NCBI GenBank assembly: GCA_050999825.1
Contig: JBPCOX010000260.1
Location: 1-32,239 of the forward strand
DNA length: 32,239 nucleotides
Reading direction: 5' to 3'
Origin: Mycobacteriales bacterium
Lineage (GTDB): Bacteria > Actinomycetota > Actinomycetes > JALYNC01
Part shown: positions 19,068 to 30,182 of the stretch, piece by piece
How the letters are laid out: each line of letters opens with the position of its first letter
Numbering within the stretch: position 1 is the first letter of the stretch
The notes under the pieces: generated by a model
The model's database searches: none
Told to the model about the DNA's origin: nothing
The model's input: the letters and a program-made list of their open reading frames with translations, nothing else
Translations under genes and position numbers: made by a program

Positions 19068-19142
19068 CCACGCCGATCCGGCCCCACGCCGACCCACGCC
19101 GATCCCGCCGCCCACGCCGATCCCGTCCCCCCACGGCGATCA
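19068..19142. repeat. five iterated 12-mers CCACGCCGAYCC in the glgP upstream region
   Basis: Copies start at 19068, 19094 and 19112 (all perfect CCACGCCGATCC), 19084 (CCACGCCGACCC) and 19131 (CCACGGCGATCA). The last copy overlaps the left arm of the 76-bp repeat. Confidence 0.65.
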
Positions 19143-19210
19143 TGAAGATTGGTGGACCGATTTGCCGGGAAACGCCCGATGCGACACGTTCGAAGGTTCA
19201 TGATCGCCGG
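19135..19210. repeat. 76-bp repeat, copy A, with 12-bp terminal inverted repeats
   Basis: The sequence is ggcgatcatgaa...ttcatgatcgcc(gg). It is 68/76 identical, without gaps, to 20348-20423 in the same orientation. The arms are at 19135-19146 and 19197-19208 and are perfect reverse complements. Confidence 0.88.
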
Positions 19211-19299
19211 CAAAGGGTGGTTTCCACAGAGCGGACGGCGTGTCCACCAAGTGCCGGCTACGCCACCACGCCGAGGCGCACGGACCTATACCAGTGCTC

Positions 19300-20295
19300 A
19301 TGTCAACTCCGGCCGGGCTCGCAGATCTCGTGCAGGCGCAACAGGGATGCCTGAGTCGCCTGCAGGCCCGCGCCCGCGGAGTGACGGACGCGGGCATCGC
19401 CGAGCGGCTGAGGGCACTGGAGTGGCGGTCGGTGCACAACGGCGTGCTGTGCCAGCCGAGCCCAGACGCGGATGCGACGAGGTTGCGAGCGGCACTCCTG
19501 ACGCAGTGCCCGGACGGCCGGTGGCAGGAAGGCGTCGCCCTGAGCCACGCGACAGCCGCGGCCATCCACGGGTTCGAAGGGCTCTCGCCCGATCCGCGGG
19601 TGCACCTCGTCGTACCCAGGATCTGGACGCCCCAGCACCGAAGGACCGGCGTGCGGTTGCACCGATGCCTCACGCCGGCTGAGCACATCCGGGCCGCCGA
19701 GGGGTTCCCGGTGACGACGGCCGCTTGGACCGCACTCACGCTGATCCGCCTCGGCGCACGGCGCCAGGCGGTCGTCGTGGCCGACAGCGCGCTGCGCTCC
19801 GGGGCGTGCACCCTGGCCGACCTGCGGGCCGGCTTGCCCCTGCTGGCGCGGCTGCGCGGCTGCGTGCAGGCCCGCGAGGTCGTTGACCTGGCCCGTGCCG
19901 GCACCGACTCGCCCCAGGAGTCGGTCACGCGGATGATCATCCTCGAAGGCGGGTTTCCCCACCCGGACGTCGACATGCGGCTGTACGACGAGTTCGGCAC
20001 CCTGCTCGCCCGCGGTGAACTCGGCTACCGACGGCTGCTGATCTGGCTGGAGTATGACGGCTACGACGCACATACCCGGCGTCCGGCGTTCCGCCTGGAC
20101 CGATCGCGACAGAACTGGTTGGCCGACCGCGGCTGGTACATCCTGCGCTACGTCGACCAGGATCTATGGCAGGGCGAGCGGCGCATCCAGTACGACGTAC
20201 GCCGCGCTATAGAGCGAGCCCCCGTGCGGATCGCGGCCCTGCCCGCGGGTCTGTCCCCGGAGGCCGACGAAGCCCGCCGCGCTTTGCACAGCTGA
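19300..20295 (+). CDS. DUF559 / Vsr-like endonuclease-fold domain protein with an N-terminal putative HTH region
   Basis: The C-terminus LIWLEYDGYDAHTRR..RSRQNWLADRGWYILRY is typical of actinobacterial DUF559 proteins. I chose ATG 19300; ATG 19240 is the longest-ORF alternative. Confidence 0.72.
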   Translation: MSTPAGLADLVQAQQGCLSRLQARARGVTDAGIAERLRALEWRSVHNGVLCQPSPDADATRLRAALLTQCPDGRWQEGVALSHATAAAIHGFEGLSPDPRVHLVVPRIWTPQHRRTGVRLHRCLTPAEHIRAAEGFPVTTAAWTALTLIRLGARRQAVVVADSALRSGACTLADLRAGLPLLARLRGCVQAREVVDLARAGTDSPQESVTRMIILEGGFPHPDVDMRLYDEFGTLLARGELGYRRLLIWLEYDGYDAHTRRPAFRLDRSRQNWLADRGWYILRYVDQDLWQGERRIQYDVRRAIERAPVRIAALPAGLSPEADEARRALHS

Positions 20296-20347
20296 CCGGC
20301 CCACCATCCCGCTCCGGCCGCCCGACCCGCTACCGGCGGCCCGCCGT

Positions 20348-20423
20348 GGCGATCATGAAGATGTGTGGACCGATCTGCCCGGAATCGCCCAGTGCGACAC
20401 GTTCGAAAGTTCATGATCGCCGG
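20348..20423. repeat. 76-bp repeat, copy B, with 12-bp terminal inverted repeats
   Basis: The arms are at 20348-20359 (ggcgatcatgaa) and 20410-20421 (ttcatgatcgcc). The copy ends 59 nt upstream of the glgE ATG. Confidence 0.88.
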
Positions 20424-20482
20424 AGAGGACGAGTGGCGGGCCGGTTCGAGGCCCGAGCCGGTGCTCGGTAGCGTTGCTCGCG

Positions 20483-22518
20483 ATGACAGGACGCCTGGGA
20501 ATCACCGACATCTCCCCCGCAATTTCCTGCGGGATGTACTCCGCTCGCGCCGTCGTCGGCGAGCGGGTGCCGATCGCGGCCACCGTGTTCCGCGAGGGGC
20601 ACGACAAGGTCGGCTGCAACGTGGTCTGGACACCGCCGCGGGAGGGCGCCGCGCGCCGGGAACGCCCGCCGTTCCTGCCGATGACGCCCGGTACGCCGGG
20701 GCTGGACCAGTGGCACGCCACCGTGGTGCCCGATCGCCCGGGCCCCTGGACGTTCGTCATCGAGGCCTGGAGCGACGAGCTGGGCACCTGGCGCTACGTC
20801 ATCGGCAAGAAGACCGAGGTCGGGCAGAGCGCCCAGGAACTGGCCAACGACCTGGAGCACGGCGCCCGGCTGCTGGAGCGCGCGTCGCGGCTGGTGGCCA
20901 AGGAGTGGAAGCCGCGGGTGCTGGACGCCGCGGCCACCCTGCGCGATGAGACCCGGGAGCTGCAGCACCGGCTGTCCCCCGCCTTCGAGCCCGAACTGCA
21001 CGAGATGCTGCTGCGGCACCCCGTGCGCGAGCTGCTGACCAAGTCCCGCCGCTACGACATCTGGGTCGACCGCCCGCGGGCGCTATACGGCAGCTGGTAC
21101 GAGTTGTTCCCCCGGTCCGAGGGCGGCTGGAACGACGACGGCAGCCCGCGGCACGGGACCTTCCGCGACGCGGCCAAGCGGCTGCCGGCCATCCAGGACA
21201 TGGCCTTCGACGTGGTCTATCTGCCGCCGATCCACCCCATCGGCGAGGTGAACCGCAAGGGCAAGAACAACACCCTGGTCACCACGCCGGACGACGTCGG
21301 CTCGCCCTGGGCGATCGGCAGCAAGGACGGCGGGCACGACGCGATCCACCCGGAGCTGGGGACGATCGAGGATTTCGACGACTTCGTCGAGCAGACCCGC
21401 GCGCTGGGCATGGAAGTCGCCATGGACTTTGCTCTGCAGGTCGCGCCGGACCATCCGTGGGTGACGAGCCACCCCGAGTGGTTCACCACGCTGCCCGACG
21501 GGACGATCGCCTACGCCGAGAACCCGCCGAAGAAGTACCAGGACATCTACCCGATCAACTTCGACAACGCAGCGCCGGCGAAGCCGGGCGACCAGCCGGG
21601 CGACCTATCGGGGCTGTCCGCCGAAGCCCTCCGCGTGCTCACCCACTGGTGCGAGCACGGCGTGCGCATCTTCCGGGTCGACAATCCGCACACCAAGCCG
21701 CTGGACTTCTGGCACTGGCTGATCTGGCAGGTCAAGCGGGACTTCCCGGACGCGCTGTTCCTCGCCGAGGCGTTCACCCGGCCGGCGATGATGCACACCC
21801 TGGCCAAGATCGGGTTCACCCAGTCCTACACCTACTTCACCTGGCGCACCCAGCGGTGGGATCTGGAGCAGTACGGCCGAGAGCTGGTGGACTCCGCGGA
21901 CTACATGCGGCCCAACTTCTTCGTCAACACACCGGACATCCTGCACGCGAGCCTGCAGTACGGCGGCCCGCCGATGTTCAAGATCCGCGCCGTGCTGGCC
22001 AGCACGATGTCACCGACGTGGGGCGTCTACTCCGGTTACGAGCTGTTCGAGCATGTCGCGGTGCGGCCGGGCAGCGAGGAGTACCTGGACTCCGAGAAAT
22101 ACCAGCTGCGCCCGCGCGACTGGGAGGCCGCCGGCCGCGAGCACCGCACGCTGGCGCCCTACCTCACCCGGCTGAACTGGGTACGCCGCGAGCACCCGGC
22201 CCTGCAGCAGCTGCGCAACCTGCACTTTCACCACGCGGACAACGACAACATCATCGTCTTCTCCAAGCGGGCCGAGCGGGAGGACGGCACGGAGGGCACC
22301 GACGACGTGGTCCTGGTCGTCTGCTCGCTGGACAGCCACACCACGCAGGTGTCCTCGCTGGCCCTGGACATGCCCGCGCTCGGGCTGGACTGGCACGACC
22401 GGTTCGCCGTCGAGGACCAGATCACCGGCGCGACCTACCACTGGGGCCAGTCCCCGTACGTCGAGCTGAACCCCTACCTCGAGCCGGCGCACCTGCTCGT
22501 CGTACGGCGGTACGGGCC

Positions 22519-22522
<4 letters not shown>
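20483..22522 (+). CDS. glgE: alpha-1,4-glucan:maltose-1-phosphate maltosyltransferase GlgE
   Basis: The N-terminus is [29 protein letters not shown]. Family blocks are present: [19 protein letters not shown] and [30 protein letters not shown]. Confidence 0.92.
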
Positions 22523-24191
<1,669 letters not shown>

Positions 24192-24195
<4 letters not shown>

Positions 24196-25553
24196 AGCTG
24201 GGCGAGCTCCTCAAGGTGTGGATGCCCGAGCAGAGATGGTTCGCCGGCAAGGGGCGGGTTCTGTCCACTGTGGACACAAGGGCCATCGAATTGAGCTCGG
24301 ATCCCTTGGTGGAGTTGCATCTTGTGTACGTCGTCTTCAGCGACGGCGGCAAGGACACGTTCATCGTCCCGCTGAGCCGACGGTCCGTCCGGGACGAGCA
24401 ACTCGAGCGGGTGCTCGTCGGCGAACTCGACGAGGAGCCGCGTTGGGTCTACGACGCCATGCGCGACCGCCAAGCCACCCCGCTGTGGCTCGACCTGTTC
24501 GCCGCTCGGCATGAGCACCGGGAGCTGCGGTTCCACCTGGAACCCGGCGCCACGGTCCCCCTCAACCTCCCCGGCGACATCGTCAGCACCGAGCAGAGCA
24601 ACAGTTCCCTCGTGTTCGGCGATTCGGCGATCCTGAAGCTGTTCCGCCGGCTCGAACCCGGGCTGAACCCGGATGTCGAGATCCACGACGCGCTGCATGC
24701 CAGGAAGAATCCGCACGTCGCCCCATTGCTCGGTTTTCTCGCGATCGAGGGTGAGAAGTCCAAGGGTCAGGAGGACGGCACGATCGCGATGCTGCAGACG
24801 TTCCTGCCCGCGGCCAGCGACGGCTGGTCACTGGCGGCGGCGAGCATCCGCGACCTGTACGCCGAGGGCGACCTGCACCCCGACGAGGTCGGCGGGGACT
24901 TCGCCAGCGAGTCCTACCGCCTGGGTGGGGCGACGGCCTCGGTCCATGCCGACCTGGCCGCGGTGCTGCCGACGGGCACCATCGACGGCGACGAACTCGG
25001 CGGGGTCGTGGCCGGCATGAGCGCGCGGCTGGACGCGGCGCTCGACGTCGTACCCGAGCTCGCCTCCCACGCCGAGGGCCTGCGGGCCTGCTTCGCCGAA
25101 CTCGCCGAACTCGCCGAACCGATCCCGGTGCAACGCGTCCACGGCGACTACCACCTCGGCCAGGTGCTCCGGACGTACCAGGGCTGGACGATCCTCGACT
25201 TCGAGGGCGAACCGGCTCGACCGCTGGCCGCCCGCCGCGGTCTGGACAGTCCGCTTCGTGACATCGCCGGGATGCTGCGCTCCTTCGACTACGCCGCGCG
25301 ACACCTCCTCGTCGAGGGGCACACCGACCCGCAGCTGGACTACCGGGCCAACGAGTGGGCCGGACGCAACCGGCAGGCGTTCTGCGACGGCTACGCGAAG
25401 GTCACCGGCAGCGACCCGGGCGAGCAAGCGGCGCTGCTGCGGGCATTCGAGGCGGACAAGGCCGTCTACGAAGCGGTGTACGAGGCGCGCAACCGCCCGC
25501 ACTGGCTTCCCATCCCGCTCGCCTCGCTCGCCCGGTTGGCACAGCCCGCATGA
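24192..25553 (+). CDS. pep2: maltokinase (Pep2/Mak), makes maltose-1-phosphate
   Basis: The N-terminus is [12 protein letters not shown]. Kinase-like motifs are present: [12 protein letters not shown] and [11 protein letters not shown] 24192 forms an ATGA overlap with the treS stop. Confidence 0.88.
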
Positions 25554-25563
25554 AGGGTCCGCT

Positions 25564-27744
25564 GTGACCGAGCCGACACCGGCGGAACTGGCCCGGCTGG
25601 TCGCCGGAGAGCACGCCGACCCGCACGCCATCCTGGGCGCCCACCCGGCCGGCTCCAGGACCGTGATCCGCACATTGCGGCCGGAGGCTCTCGCCGTCAC
25701 CGCGGTCGTCGGCAAGCGGCGGGTCACACTGGACCGCGTCCACGAGGGCGGGTTGTTCGTCGGCAGCCACGCCGGCAAACCGCAGGACTACCGGCTCGAG
25801 GTCGACTTCGAGGACGCTACCCACGACGTCGACGACCCCTACCGATGGCTGCCCACGCTCGGTGAGATGGACCAGCACCTGATTGCCGAGGGGCGGCACG
25901 AGCGGCTCTGGGACGTGCTGGGTGCCCACGTGCGGGCCTACGACACCCCCGGCGGCCCGGTCGTGGGCGTCTCGTTCGCGGTGTGGGCGCCGAACGCTCG
26001 TGGCGTCCGGGTCACCGGCGACTTCGACTACTGGCAGGCGCGCGCCTACTCGATGCGTGCCCTCGGGTCGACCGGCGTCTGGGAGATCTTCGTACCGGGC
26101 GTCACCTCCGGCATGCTGTACAAGTTCGCGGTTCTGGGCGCGGACGGGGTGTGGCGGGCCAAGGCAGATCCGATGGCCTTCGCCACCGAGATTCCGCCGG
26201 ACACCGCATCCAAGGTGTACGCGTCGTCGTACACCTGGGGTGACGAGGAGTGGCTCAGCCGACGGGCGGAGACCGAGTGGCACGCGGCACCGATGAGCAC
26301 GTACGAGGTGCACCTCGGGTCCTGGCGGGCCGGCCTGTCCTACCGCGAGCTCGCCGAGGAACTCGTCGAGTACGTGAATGAGACCGGCTTCACCCACGTC
26401 GAACTGCTGCCGGTCGCGGAGCATCCCTACGGCGGATCGTGGGGGTACCAGGCAACCTCCTTCTACGCCCCGACCGCGCGATTCGGCGAGCCGGACGATT
26501 TGCGCTACCTCGTCGACCGGCTGCACCGGGCCGGGGTCGGTGTCATCGTGGACTGGGTCGCCGGGCACTTCGCGACGGACAGCTTCGCGCTCGCCCGCTT
26601 CGATGGCACGGCGCTGTACGAGCACGCCGACCCGCGCCGGGGCGAGCAGCCGGACTGGGGCACCCTGGTCTTCGACTTCGGCCGCAGGGAGGTCCGAAAC
26701 TTCCTGGTTGCCAGCGCGCTGTTTTGGCTGGAGGAGTTCCACATCGACGGCCTGCGGGTCGACGCCGTCGCCTCGATGCTCTACCTCGACTACTCCCGCG
26801 GCCCGGGGCAGTGGCTACCCAACAAGTACGGCGGGCGGGAGAACCTTGAGGCGGTCGCCTTTCTGCAGGAGATGAACGCGACCGTCTACAAACGGGTCCC
26901 GGGAGCGATCACCATCGCGGAGGAGTCGACGTCGTGGCCGGGGGTCACGAGGCCGACACACCTCGGCGGGCTGGGCTTCGGCTTCAAATGGAACATGGGT
27001 TGGATGCACGACACCCTCGGGTACGCGGCCCGAGCGCCCGTCCACCGCAGCCACCACCACCAGCAGATGACGTTCTCGCTGATGTACGCGTATTCGGAGA
27101 ACTTCGTCCTGCCGATCAGCCATGACGAGGTGGTGCACGGCAAGGGCTCGTTGCTGCGCAAGATGCCGGGCGACCGCTGGCAGCAGCTGGCCAACGTGCG
27201 CTGCCTGCTCGCCTACATGTGGGCGCACCCGGGCAAGCAACTGCTCTTCATGGGCAGTGAGTTCGCTCAGGACGCGGAATGGGCCGACGGCCGGTCACTG
27301 GACTGGTGGCTGCTGGAGTCGCCGGCGCACCACGGCGTACAACGGCTCGTCGCCGACCTGAATCGCGTCTACCGGGACAGTCCGGCGTTGTGGTCCCTTG
27401 ACGCGGATCCGGCTGGTTTCCAGTGGATCGACGCGAACGACGCATTGAGCAACGTCTTCTCGTTCATCCGGCGCGGTGCCGACGGCGGCACGCTTGCCTG
27501 TGTGGCGAATTTCGCCGGTGTCCCATACATCGGCTACCGCCTCGGGCTGCCGCTCGAGGGCCAGTGGACCGAGGTCGTCAACACCGACGCGCACGTCTAC
27601 GGCGGCTCCGGTGTCGGGAACATGGGCGCGGTGACGGCGACGGCCGAGAGCTGGCACGGACAGCCGTTCTCGGCGAGGCTGAACCTGCCACCGCTCGGGG
27701 TGCTCTGGCTGCGACCCGACCGGGTGATACCGGCCGGGGAATAG
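25564..27744 (+). CDS. glgB: 1,4-alpha-glucan branching enzyme GlgB
   Basis: Family blocks are present: [66 protein letters not shown] 25564 lies 10 nt after the pep2 stop. Confidence 0.92.
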   Translation: MTEPTPAELARLVAGEHADPHAILGAHPAGSRTVIRTLRPEALAVTAVVGKRRVTLDRVHEGGLFVGSHAGKPQDYRLEVDFEDATHDVDDPYRWLPTLGEMDQHLIAEGRHERLWDVLGAHVRAYDTPGGPVVGVSFAVWAPNARGVRVTGDFDYWQARAYSMRALGSTGVWEIFVPGVTSGMLYKFAVLGADGVWRAKADPMAFATEIPPDTASKVYASSYTWGDEEWLSRRAETEWHAAPMSTYEVHLGSWRAGLSYRELAEELVEYVNETGFTHVELLPVAEHPYGGSWGYQATSFYAPTARFGEPDDLRYLVDRLHRAGVGVIVDWVAGHFATDSFALARFDGTALYEHADPRRGEQPDWGTLVFDFGRREVRNFLVASALFWLEEFHIDGLRVDAVASMLYLDYSRGPGQWLPNKYGGRENLEAVAFLQEMNATVYKRVPGAITIAEESTSWPGVTRPTHLGGLGFGFKWNMGWMHDTLGYAARAPVHRSHHHQQMTFSLMYAYSENFVLPISHDEVVHGKGSLLRKMPGDRWQQLANVRCLLAYMWAHPGKQLLFMGSEFAQDAEWADGRSLDWWLLESPAHHGVQRLVADLNRVYRDSPALWSLDADPAGFQWIDANDALSNVFSFIRRGADGGTLACVANFAGVPYIGYRLGLPLEGQWTEVVNTDAHVYGGSGVGNMGAVTATAESWHGQPFSARLNLPPLGVLWLRPDRVIPAGE

Positions 27745-27825
27745 TCCCCTCACAGCGATTTTTCCGCTGCCGTGTCACCATCGCTACCTGCACGCGAGTG
27801 TCCACGGAAAGGGACGTGCCCAACG

Positions 27826-29220
27826 ATGCTTCCGCCAAGTTCGCGTCGGACCGCCGTGGTGCTGTGCACGCTGGCACTGCTGGTGCCGAGCTGTGCCCGG
27901 CTCGTCGACGGCCAGGGGGAGACCTCGGACGGTGTACGCCCCAATGTCGCGCCGTCCACGCTCGAGATCGTGGGCGCCACGGACGAGGACATCGACACCC
28001 TGTCGCGCAACGCCCTCGCCGACCTGGGGACGTTCTGGGAGGAAACCTTCCCTGAGGTGTACGGCGCCGAGTTCGAGCCGCTCTCCGGGGGGTACTTCTC
28101 CGTCGATCCGGACAACTTCAACGACGAGGACTACCCCGACGACATCGGCTGCTTCGACGGGCCTGAAGACGTCGAGAACAACGCCTTCTACTGCTTCCCG
28201 CAGGACGAGGGCGGCGACAACGTCGTGTACGACCGCACGCTGCTCGCCGGGCTGGCCGCAGACTACGGCCGCTTCATCCCGGCGCTGGTGATGGCGCACG
28301 AGTTCGGGCACGCCGTCCAGGGCCGCGAGTCACCGCCGAGCACGCTGTCGATCGTGTTCGAGACGCAGGCGGACTGCTTCGCCGGCGCCTGGACCGGCTG
28401 GGTGGCCGAGGACAACGCCCAGCACTTCTTGATCAGGGCCTCCGAGCTGGACGACGTCCTGCGCGGCTACCTACTGCTTCGTGACGCGCCAGGCTCCGGA
28501 CCGATGGAGGATGGCGCGCACGGCTCCTACTTCGACCGGGTGAGCGCCTTCCAGGAGGGCTACGACGACGGCGCACAGGCGTGCAAGGACAACTTCACGG
28601 ACAACCGGATCTTCACCCAGCAGGAGTTCAACGACCAGACGGACTTCGACAACGAGGGCAACGCGCCGTACGACGACTCCATCACGATCAGCGAGGAGAC
28701 CCTGGATGCGTTCTGGGCTACCCAGTTCAGCGAGGTCTTCGACGCCGAGTGGCAGCCGCCGACGCTGCAGCCGTACGAGGGCGCCCGACCGGAGTGCGAC
28801 GGGGCCAGGCAGCGCCGCGACGTCACGTTCTGCGAGCCGGAGAACCGGGTCGACTTCGACAACCAGTCCCTGATGCCGACGATCCACAGCGAGGTCGGTG
28901 ACTTCGCCGTATCGACGCTGCTGTCCATCAACTACGCGCAGGCCGCCCGCGGTCAGCTGGGCCTGGACTATCGCGGCGAGGAGGCGTTGCGCAGCAGCGT
29001 CTGCCTGACCGGCTGGTACACCAGCCAGTTCTTCCTGGCCAACATCGATGCCGGGGCCACCATCTCACCCGGTGACGTCGACGAGTCGATCCAGGTGCTG
29101 CTCGAGTACGGCGAGAATCCGACCGTGCTGCCCGACGTGGGGCTGTCAGGTTTTCAGCTGGTCGATCTGTTCCGGCAGGGGTTCGTCCGCGGGCCGTCCG
29201 CCTGCGATGTCGGTGTCTAG
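27826..29220 (+). CDS. secreted or lipoprotein neutral zinc metallopeptidase-like protein
   Basis: The HExxH motif is in ALVMAHEFGHAVQG. The N-terminal signal is MLPPSSRRTAVVLCTLALLVPSC, with a possible lipobox Cys. ATG 27826 follows a GGAAAGGGA purine tract. Confidence 0.72.
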   Translation: MLPPSSRRTAVVLCTLALLVPSCARLVDGQGETSDGVRPNVAPSTLEIVGATDEDIDTLSRNALADLGTFWEETFPEVYGAEFEPLSGGYFSVDPDNFNDEDYPDDIGCFDGPEDVENNAFYCFPQDEGGDNVVYDRTLLAGLAADYGRFIPALVMAHEFGHAVQGRESPPSTLSIVFETQADCFAGAWTGWVAEDNAQHFLIRASELDDVLRGYLLLRDAPGSGPMEDGAHGSYFDRVSAFQEGYDDGAQACKDNFTDNRIFTQQEFNDQTDFDNEGNAPYDDSITISEETLDAFWATQFSEVFDAEWQPPTLQPYEGARPECDGARQRRDVTFCEPENRVDFDNQSLMPTIHSEVGDFAVSTLLSINYAQAARGQLGLDYRGEEALRSSVCLTGWYTSQFFLANIDAGATISPGDVDESIQVLLEYGENPTVLPDVGLSGFQLVDLFRQGFVRGPSACDVGV

Positions 29221-30132
29221 CTAGAACAGAGCGTTCGTGAGGGCGCGGCGAGCCGCTACCACCCGCGGGTCGTCGCCGCCGACCACCGCGAACAGCTCCA
29301 CCAGATGCTCGCGGGCCTGGTCGCGGTCGGCTCCCGGACCTCGGCGTACGACCTCCATGAGACGGGCGAAGGCGCCGTCCACGTCGCCCGTGGCGACGAG
29401 GGCGTCCGCCGCGGCGCACTGTGCGGTGACGTCGTGCGGCGCGGCATCGGCAGCGGCGACGGGGTCCGGTCCCGCTTGACCGATTCGCTGCATCAGCTGG
29501 ACCTGGCGCAGGGCATCCGCTGCAAACGGATGCGCCGGCTCGGCGGTCACGATGTCGGTGTAGATGCGGGCCGCCTCGTCGAGATCGCCCTGCTCCAGCG
29601 CGTCCTCGGCAGCGATCACGCGCGGGTCTTCAGGCTCCGGCGGCAGGTCCTCGGCGCCGGCAGGGGGAGGAGGGCCACCGGCTGCCTCCAGCAGGGCAGC
29701 GATGAACTGCCGCGCCTCCGCCTCCGGGATGGATCCGCTGAACTCGGCGGCGAGCTGACCCTGTACGACGGCCTTGACGGCGGGAATGCCTTGTACCCGC
29801 AGTGCCTGGGCGATCCGCTGGTTCGCGTCGACGTCGATCTTGGCGAGGATCCAGGAACCGCCCCCCTCAGCGGCGAGCTTCTCCAGGATCGGGGAGAGCT
29901 GCTTGCAGGGCTGGCACCAGTCCGCCCACAGATCGATCACGACCGGTACCTGCATGGAGCGATCGATCACCTCGGTCTGGAAGGTCGCTTCGGTGACATC
30001 GACCACGTTCGGGCTCGCCGCTGGGGCAGGACCACCCGGAGCGGGCGGCGCAGCTGTCGCCCGCGCCTTGAGGGCGGACAGGTCGAGGGCGCCGGCCATC
30101 GACGCGGCGAGTCGGGTTTCACCAGGTTGCAT
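29221..30132 (-). CDS. thioredoxin-domain plus TPR protein (YbbN/CnoX-like)
   Basis: The thioredoxin fold has WADWCQPCK. The C-terminal half is helical and TPR-like. ATG 30132 follows a GGGAGA Shine-Dalgarno; ATG 30099 is an alternative. Confidence 0.78.
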   Translation of the reverse strand: MQPGETRLAASMAGALDLSALKARATAAPPAPGGPAPAASPNVVDVTEATFQTEVIDRSMQVPVVIDLWADWCQPCKQLSPILEKLAAEGGGSWILAKIDVDANQRIAQALRVQGIPAVKAVVQGQLAAEFSGSIPEAEARQFIAALLEAAGGPPPPAGAEDLPPEPEDPRVIAAEDALEQGDLDEAARIYTDIVTAEPAHPFAADALRQVQLMQRIGQAGPDPVAAADAAPHDVTAQCAAADALVATGDVDGAFARLMEVVRRGPGADRDQAREHLVELFAVVGGDDPRVVAARRALTNALF

Positions 30133-30182
30133 GCGTACGAGTCTCCCAGATCGGCCGAGACGCTGACGCCGCCAAGGAGCGG

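Noticed and set aside
19135-19210. The 76-bp repeat as a small-peptide gene. Both strands give short ORF fragments, for example MNLRTCRIGRFPANRSTNLHD versus MNFRTCRTGRFRADRSTHLHD.
   Set aside because: The differences between the copies change amino acids in either reading direction, rather than falling at synonymous positions as expected for a conserved peptide. No convincing Shine-Dalgarno is present. Conservation is concentrated in the terminal arms, not in any reading frame.
19135-19210. The 76-bp repeat as one long RNA hairpin or a riboswitch-like element.
   Set aside because: Only the terminal 12-13 nt are complementary. I could not pair the 50-nt interior, and the mismatches between copies are not compensatory. 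I recognise no known riboswitch consensus.
19240-20295. The DUF559 gene plus flanking repeats as a classical IS element or transposon.
   Set aside because: No transposase, integrase or recombinase motif (DDE, Tyr or Ser recombinase) is visible in the ORF or anywhere else in the window. The repeats are direct copies of a TIR-bounded unit rather than inverted ends of a single element. It is kept as an unexplained insertion in the findings instead.
20316-20341. GC-rich hairpin GGCCGCC-(12 nt)-GGCGGCC after the DUF559 stop as a terminator. A second candidate is the CCGAGC-cggt-GCTCGG hairpin at 20453-20468 in the glgE leader.
   Set aside because: The stems are short and have no U-tract. Such stems arise easily by chance in DNA this GC-rich, and their function cannot be supported from sequence alone.
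27736-27786. Possible intrinsic terminator after glgB. The candidate stems are GGGGA-atag-TCCCC spanning the stop codon and CAGCG-atttttc-CGCTG just downstream.
   Set aside because: The stems are only 5 bp. The T-run lies in the loop rather than after the stem. The evidence is too weak to call.
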